Assembly (NCBI GenBank): GCA_000388065.2
Contig: KB932204.1
From: Fonticula alba ATCC 38817
Lineage: Eukaryota > Protista > Nucleariida
Length of the DNA: 14,829 nucleotides
Reading direction: 5' to 3' (one strand)
In this document: positions 8,185-14,829 of the stretch, in pieces
Layout: each line of letters starts with the position of its first letter
How positions within the stretch are numbered: the stretch's first letter is position 1
Notes under the pieces: generated by a model
Databases searched by the model: none
Seen by the model: the letters and a program-made list of their open reading frames with translations, nothing else
What the model was told of the DNA's origin: nothing
Made by a program: the position numbers and the translations under genes

Positions 8185-8299
8185 CTGTGCGGTAGGGGGA
8201 CCAGGGAGCGGGGAGGGGGGAAAGGGTGGGGGGGGGGGAGCGCGGAGGAGGAGGGCGGGAGGCAGGAGCAAGGCGGGGGAAGGGGGGTGCCCTGAGCTC

Positions 8300-8633
8300 N
8301 NNNNNNNNNNNNNNNNNNNNNNNNNNNNNNNNNNNNNNNNNNNNNNNNNNNNNNNNNNNNNNNNNNNNNNNNNNNNNNNNNNNNNNNNNNNNNNNNNNNN
8401 NNNNNNNNNNNNNNNNNNNNNNNNNNNNNNNNNNNNNNNNNNNNNNNNNNNNNNNNNNNNNNNNNNNNNNNNNNNNNNNNNNNNNNNNNNNNNNNNNNNN
8501 NNNNNNNNNNNNNNNNNNNNNNNNNNNNNNNNNNNNNNNNNNNNNNNNNNNNNNNNNNNNNNNNNNNNNNNNNNNNNNNNNNNNNNNNNNNNNNNNNNNN
8601 NNNNNNNNNNNNNNNNNNNNNNNNNNNNNNNNN
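8300..8633. other. Assembly gap (334 N)
   Basis: N run. Confidence 1.
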
Positions 8634-9238
8634 NGGGGGCGGGAGCGGGTGCCACCCCCGGGCCCTGGACGCGTTCGCCGCCGGGTAGGACCGGGGGCGG
8701 GGGCTCCACCGATCCCGGGCGAAAGACCGGGCCCGTGCCCCGGAGAGCGAGGCAGGACACCGAGAAGCGGCGTGAACACCACAGGTCGCCGGGGCAATAT
8801 TAAAGGCGCTTTAATGCGCGCATATTCCCCGCCGGGACAGCCGGACCCCGGGAGGTCCTCGGAGTCGAGAAGGACCAGGCTGACGACCGGCGCATCGCAG
8901 CCGGCCCCTGCCCACGAACGGTGGGGGGCTTCCATTCGCTGTGGTGGCTGATTGTGTGCCTGGTCCCCCCCTCGGCGGATCTGTGCTTCACACTGGGCAG
9001 GCGGCGCGCCAGCTGCTGGTGACTCGAACCCCAAACATGGTAACTCGATCGCCGGCGCATGACCGGCCGGAGAGGCATGATCGGGCCTGATCACGCGCCG
9101 GATTGTGGACTCTACAGTTGGCGGTTCCGCCTGCGCCCGCCCGGCGGGCAGGGCGGCATAGAGCCTACGACTAGCGGTGTGCTGCTTCCGGCTCCCTCCC
9201 TCGGCCACTCTCTCTCGGTGCCAGCATTTTGCCTGCAT
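8634..9238 (-). CDS. Possible hypothetical coding exon, or an upstream exon of TMEM120; no recognisable family
   Basis: The frame is open from 9565 into the gap, with an ATG at 9238. Parts have coding-like G/C third positions (GTC GTC AGC CTG GTC CTT CTC GAC TCC GAG GAC CTC). Long open frames also arise by chance at this GC content. Confidence 0.25.
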
Positions 9239-9915
9239 GAGGGATCCCACTGCCAGCCAAATATACCAGCCATGGTTGTCGATCCGCGGGCCCCAGCACA
9301 AGCGCGAGGATGATGCATGCAGGGAAAAAACGACTGGTGATGGGGGGGGGACAGGGATTTCTATTGTTGGTGCGAGGGCGCATGTGCGCCTCCTCGCCAA
9401 CCTGGGCAAGGGTGTGGGGGGTGGAGGGAAAGGGCGGGGGGTGGCGGCGGGTGGGGAGCAAAAGGCAAAGCAGCTGTGTCCGGTGACCCCGGAGGCACGC
9501 AAGGGGGGGGGGGGGTGTTGGCGCGCATCGGGCGATGCGCGAGGCATGCGCCGACGCGCACACAAACAAGGATCTATCTCGTCGAGGGGGCACGCGCGCT
9601 CGCGCTCTCCTTTCCTCTCGCGCGCCTTCTCTCTTCCTCTCTCTGGATCGTGCGCCTGGTCGGTCGTCGCTTGCTCTGTCTCTTCGAATACATACGGTCA
9701 CTTGCTTGCCTCCGTGTCACCCCGCGAGCGAGGCGCCGGAGCATGGCGAGCCATATGGGAGGGAGATGGGGAGGGGAAAAGAGTGAAGGACAGGGAGGGG
9801 TGTGGCGGGCCGCAAGAAGGCGCGCGCGCGCGCGCGAAGGGGGCGGCCGTGCGTCTATATGGCGCGGCCTTGTGTGCATATGCCCGCATATACAAAGGCG
9901 GACACACAGAGGCAG

Positions 9916-9938
9916 ACACACACACACACACACACACA
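9916..9938 (+). repeat. (AC)11 microsatellite downstream of the HECT stop codon
   Basis: Direct read. A (CG)8 run lies nearby at 9821-9836. Confidence 0.9.
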
Positions 9939-10257
9939 TGAGGCTACGCGCGCGCGCACGGCCACCACTTCTCTTCGGCTGGCTGGTCCTCGGACCGCTC
10001 TCGGGTCCTCGCGCGCCCCGCGAATGTGCCCCCGCGCGCGCGCCACTTCGTCGGTGTCGGTTCATGGGCCCCGGGCCGTGCAAGATATGTCCTCCTCGGA
10101 GGGGGCGAGCGTGTGCCCTTTTTTCTCCGCCGAAGCCTGTATCTTTCACATGCACTCGCAATATATGCCAGCCTCCAGGCCGGTGTGGGCGCGCACGGGG
10201 CGCGTGCGGGGCGTGCGCATGTGTGTTGGCGTGGACCGACGCCCAGGACAGCTGCCT

Positions 10258-13034
10258 CTACTGAATGCCGAAACTGGTGGCGTGCTCGATGGCCACCTCC
10301 AACTTCTCAAGGAGCTGGGCCTTCGAAGTGTAGGGGGGGATATCGATGCGGTTGAAGCTGGGGTGGGGGACGCGGGGGGGGCGCGCCACAAGTGCGGGGC
10401 CAGAGGCGGACATGTGAGCATGTGCGTATGTGCGAGAGAGAGGGAGGGAGGGAGGAAGAGAGAGGATGCCTGCACGCCCTCAGCATGGACACCTCCCTCC
10501 CCACCAAGAGGAGGGAGGGAGCGGCCGGTCATATGGCCGGGCGCGGGAGGGAAGTGGACTGGTAGGCGTGTATGCGTGTGCGCGGGAGATGGGCCGCGCG
10601 GAGGGGAGCGGGTGGGAAAGGGAAGGCCGTGTGTGCGTACCATGTGTGGCTCTGAGGCAGGGAGTCGCCCGAGTGCGAGGCGTCCCACTTCTCGATGCAA
10701 AAGCGCCGGATGCCGGACGACCCGACCAGGTCGCCGAAGCCGGTGGCCGGGACACGCTCGGACCCGGTGACAAACTGCAAGAGTTTCCGCCTCTTGGAGG
10801 GATCCCAACTGCGAATGACCTGAGTCGCGTGCGCGTTTTTTTTCCATCCCGAGAGTGTCAGAGAGCGCAAGAAGCCATCCGAAGGTGCGGTCCCCTTCAT
10901 TGGCGGCCCAACCCCCCGACCACCCCGGAAAGCTAGCCAAAGCAACTAGGTGCGCAACCGGCGCGCGCGCGCGCGCGTGCGCGCGTAAGCACACCCCCGC
11001 CCCAGAGGCCAGGATGGGCGGGAAAAACCCGGCACGGGGGCGGCAGATGTCGCCGGCCGGGGGAGAGGAGACGCGGGGAATTTGCGCCCCCCCCCCCCCC
11101 CCCCCTGCACAAGTGCCCTGCACCATGGGCCGGATATAACGCACCTCCCAGAACCAAACGATCTGCGGGTCAACAGGGGTGTACTTCTTGTAGATGGTGT
11201 TGCGGAACCAGTCGTCGAGGTCGATGTCATCGCGGCCGCCGATCAGGAGCTGAATGCGCGCGTGCGTGGGTGCGGGCAGGCGCGGCGAAAAGGGCCTCGA
11301 ATGTCAGCACATAGGTCCGCCCTGGGCAGGCGGCTCTCCCCCCAGACCACAGCACTGATTGTGCATATGTGTGCATGTGTGTGCGCGCGCGCACCTCCAA
11401 CTCCGATGGCTCAAATGCCTGCAGCATGGAGCGCGGGATGACCTCGTGCAGGCCGTGCAGGATGGCCGTCATCTGGGCCTCGGTGCCATGGGCGCACCGC
11501 CATGCGACATACTTCTCCACATACTCATGCTTGTTGTCATCGGTCACTTCGATGTCCTCGCCGCCGGGAGGGGGGGGGGGGGAAGGAGGGGCATCCACGC
11601 ATCCACGGAGGGGAGGGGGTCCCAGGGCGATGGGGAGAGCAAATCGTCAGTTGCGCATGTTTGTGCGTGTATGTGCAGTTGTGAGGCCATTCGCGCGCGG
11701 GGAGCAGGCCGGTTCTCTTGCCGGCAAGCCCCCCACCACCAAGCAGGAGGGCCGGGGAAATGGAGCGGGGGGCAGGAACAGGGCCGGGAACGCACCGGGT
11801 ACCAGCTCAACGCGGCGAACCTGGCCGAGGTATTCGTAGGCCGCACTGAAGTTCTCATAGATGACCCCCTCGATGGGGTTGGACAGCATCCAGTTGAAGG
11901 ACCGGTAGTGCTCGGCATCGATGGACTCCAGGTCCGACAGTGCAACGCTGTGCCCGAGGAGACTGCGTATGGTGGCGGCGGCGGGGGCGAAGCAAAGTGT
12001 GTCAGCGTCTGGCCAGGGCCACGGGCAAAGGGCAAGCGCGCGCGCGCGTCGAGAAGCAGGCCCGCCCAGTGGCCTGGCGTCCCTGATCCCTGCGCCTGGC
12101 CTCGCCCCCCCCCCCTCGGTTGGTACTCTTGTGTCCCAATGTGGATTGTGCGCGTACCGCTTGTAGAAGCTCGTGACAAAGAAGGCATCCAAGTACTTGT
12201 CGTGTAGGATGGCCATGCCAATCAAACGGCCTGGGCGGCGGTCGAGGTGACAGAGAGCAGCAGGCGTCCCGCGTGGCCAGACAGGGCATATCAGTGGATG
12301 TGGGCAAGTGCGTGCGTGTGCACGCCTGGTCGGCCGCGCACGAGGGCAATGTGGACGGGCCACCCCCGCGCCCCTTGGCATGTCCCCCCCCCCCCCCCCC
12401 CCCCAGCCGGCGGTCCACGTACCGACAAAGCGGAAGTACTCCAAATGCGAGGGATTGACCCCGCTGACGCGGCTCACGTCCAGCAGGTACTGGCCGGACT
12501 TGGCATACTCGAAGAGCCCATAGTCCGGACTGAAGGCCAGCTTGCTGACGGCGGCGAACCACTCGCGCTGCACGCCGCCATAGTCTAGGGCGCTCTCGCC
12601 GGCGAAGGTGACATTCAGCGGCCGGCGGAGGTGCTGCGGGTCGGCCCGGATGACCGCCCGGTAGGAGTCGTCCAGCAGGCGGGACCGGCGCACGCGGATG
12701 TTGAACTTCTGCACGCGCTGCGCCGCGCGGCGCGAGCTCGAGGAGGACCCGGAGGCCATGGCCGCCGCCGCGCGGCGGCTGCTCGAGGCGGCCGATCCGG
12801 CCGACCCATCGTCCGGGGCGCTGGCCGCCGCATTCTTGATGACATTCAGCGCACGCTGCAGGGCCTTGTGCTTGACGGAAAACCGGTCCACCAGGTCGCT
12901 GGAGTGTCGCGGGGTGGTGGCGCCGGCGGCGGCCCCGGGCCCGGGCCCGGCCCCGGCAGGGTCCGTCTGGGGCTGCTTTGCCGGCGCCACCGAGAAGGCC
13001 GAGGCCTCCTCCGTGTCGCCAGTCTCCGGGCGGG

Positions 13035-13066
<32 letters not shown>

Positions 13067-14829
13067 GAGCGCTGTGCGCCGGCCGCGGGGGCGAGCATGG
13101 ACGAGGAGGAGCCGGCGGTGGGGCCCGGCCCGAGGGCCGCATCGACGGCCACGGTGACCGAGGATGCCGAGGCCGAGGCCGCCCCCGACGCCGGGGCCGA
13201 GGGCGGCCGGGCCGGCAGCGGCGGCCCCGCCCCGGGGCGCTGCCGCGCGGCCAGGTACTTGTCCAGGGTGTACGGCTGCCGGGCGGCCGCCCCGGCCGAG
13301 CCGCCCTCAGCCACCATGCCCAGGGCCGAGGCCAGGGTGCGCGTCGAGCTCCCCGGCCAGGAGGGGTTCGTGGCGCCGAGGCCGCTGGCGTGATTGCGGA
13401 AGACACTGGGCGGGGACATCTTGGCCACGTTGGTCTGGAAGTTGTGGTAGTAATAGAGCCCATGGCCGTCGGTGTACATGCGCCAATCGCCGAGGGCCCG
13501 CGGCCCGTGGTAGTTCGGGTCGCCGGAGGCCACCGGCCGAGCGGCGGGCAGGTGCCCGGCGGCCGTCGGGCCCGGGCCGGCAGCCCGACGGCCGGCCCCC
13601 GCCCCGACGCTGCTCCCGATCGACCGCGCCCGCAGGAGGTCCGCCCCGCCGAAGGGGCCGGAGCGCGGCTGTGTCGCCGGGCCAGGAGCGGCGGCGGTGC
13701 CGGTGGCAGCGGCAGCAGCCGGGGCACTGGCCGACCGGGTGGCCGACCGGGGGAGGGTGCTGGAGGCGGTGGTGGTGGGCGGCGGGCGCGCGGCGCCGGC
13801 CCGGTGGGCCGTGCCACTGCGCACCGAGGGCGACTGGTTGGCCGGCAGGGTGGGCCGGTCCCACTGGGTCTCGCGCAGGTGGTGGTTGGCGTAGTAGCGC
13901 CGGCCATCATGGTCGAAGCGCTCCTCCCAGCTGCGGGCATCGGCGGCATGGGGCCCGGCGTGTGCAGCCGGGGCGGAGGACCGAGACAGGCGGCCGGGCA
14001 GCGGGAAGGTCAGGCACGGAGCGCGCGCGCCCGCGCATGGGGTCTGTCGGCGAAGGTGGGCAAGGGCGTGCACAGGTGAATGCCCGCGCGGTGGCGGGCC
14101 AGAACGCACCCTTCGGGCAGGCCGGCCGACGTGGTGAGCCGGGCCGCGGCCGCCGGCCGAGGAGGAAGCGCCGGCTGGTGCGAGGTGACCACCACCGTGG
14201 CCCCGCCGCTGCCGGCCCCGCCGCCCATGGCCGCGGCCTGCCCCATGCTCAGCACCCCGATGGAGGTGAGGGCCGCCGCCGTGCCGGACAGGGTGAACAG
14301 CTGGGCCGACGGGTTGGCAGCCGGGGGGATGGCCGCCGGCGGCCCCTGGGCCGCGTCATAGAAGTCGCTTTCGTCGCTGGTGCTGTTGGTCAGCGGCACG
14401 GCCGGCGCCTGGATGACGGTCAGATGCCCGCCGGTGGACAGCCGCCGGCCGGAGACGTGGGGATTCGAGACCCCCGCCGGCCCCCGGGGGTCGGTGGGCG
14501 AAGCGGGCGCGCCGGGGCGCGGGCGCGCCACATGCAGCGGCAGGCCCCCGGCGGCCGGAGGCCGCGCGACCGGCGGCCCGGGATGGATGGAGACTGGGTG
14601 TGGCCCAGGGGGAAAGGGGGTGGGGGGAATGTCAGCAGGGGGGGGGGGGGGCAGGCGCGCGTGTGCGACCCCCCTTGGGGCCGCTTGAGACGCGGAGGAG
14701 GGCCGCCGGGCTCCGGCGGTCGGTGGAGTCCACGCACTCTGGAGGTGGAGTGTGGCGTCGCTGCCGCGGCCGGGGTATTGCATCAGGCGACGCCCCTGGC
14801 GGTCGGTGAGCCTGCGCGCCAGAGGCAGC
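10258..14829 (-). CDS. NEDD4/Rsp5-family HECT E3 ubiquitin ligase, 5'-partial. Exons >14829-14738, 14593-14110, 13930-12423, 12230-12158, 11962-11796, 11564-11395, 11249-11145, 10819-10641, 10357-10258
   Basis: WW domain LPEG|WEERFDHDGRRYYANHHLRETQWDRP. HECT motifs VRRSRLLDDSY, FAGESALDYGGVQREWF, HLEYFRFVGRLIGMAILH, LLQFVTGSERVP, catalytic QSHT-C-FNRIDIPPY (Cys codon TG|C split by an intron) and C-terminal FGIQ* with Phe at -4. The edge exon (..GSDATLHLQISI) may be the end of a C2 domain (inference). One acceptor (11565) is non-canonical. Confidence 0.95.
13036..13065 (-). repeat. Pure (CAG)10 encoding polyglutamine in the HECT ligase linker
   Basis: Plus strand ctg x10; in frame gives RS-Q10-ARP. 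Confidence 0.9.

Noticed and set aside
5857-8803. ORFs of 240-680 aa containing X runs
   Set aside because: Their length comes from reading through assembly gaps; only the TMEM120 exon parts are supported.
9017-9033. tRNA T-arm / Pol III B-box-like hairpin (minus strand TGGGG-TTCGAGT-CACCA)
   Set aside because: The stem has a mismatch, and no A box, D arm, anticodon arm or acceptor stem could be built. tRNAscan-SE would settle it.
12631-14079. Long plus-strand ORFs (482 aa, 231 aa) and alternative minus frames over the HECT exon
   Set aside because: Antisense or shifted shadows of a GC-rich coding exon; Arg/Gly/Pro-rich with no motifs.

Overview
GC-rich, intron-rich eukaryotic genomic DNA with three assembly gaps (N at 2654-2663, 6514-7299, 8300-8633). 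The style suggests a unicellular opisthokont/protist draft such as Fonticula; this is an unverified guess. Four genes were rebuilt by hand from splice sites and family motifs: (1) INTS11/CPSF3L, minus strand, 9 exons, running off the left edge; (2) a plus-strand 2-exon gene for a 325-aa acidic / U1-type C2H2 zinc finger / histone-H1-like ATPEK-repeat protein; (3) TMEM120 (TACAN family), minus strand, 6 exons; (4) a NEDD4/Rsp5-family HECT E3 ligase, minus strand, entering from the right edge. The main anomaly is that TMEM120 exon 5 lies downstream of the terminal exon 6, inside INTS11 intron 1, next to a ~109-nt copy of the zinc-finger gene's intron end. A 786-N gap sits where exon 5 belongs. 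Misassembly is the most likely cause; a real templated insertion or scrambled gene is not excluded. Also notable: 21 of 22 splice donors have C at +4 (GTRCGY), one HECT intron lacks an AG acceptor, and 8634-9700 holds an unexplained, apparently spliced minus-strand region. No CRISPR, transposon, tRNA or rRNA is supported.
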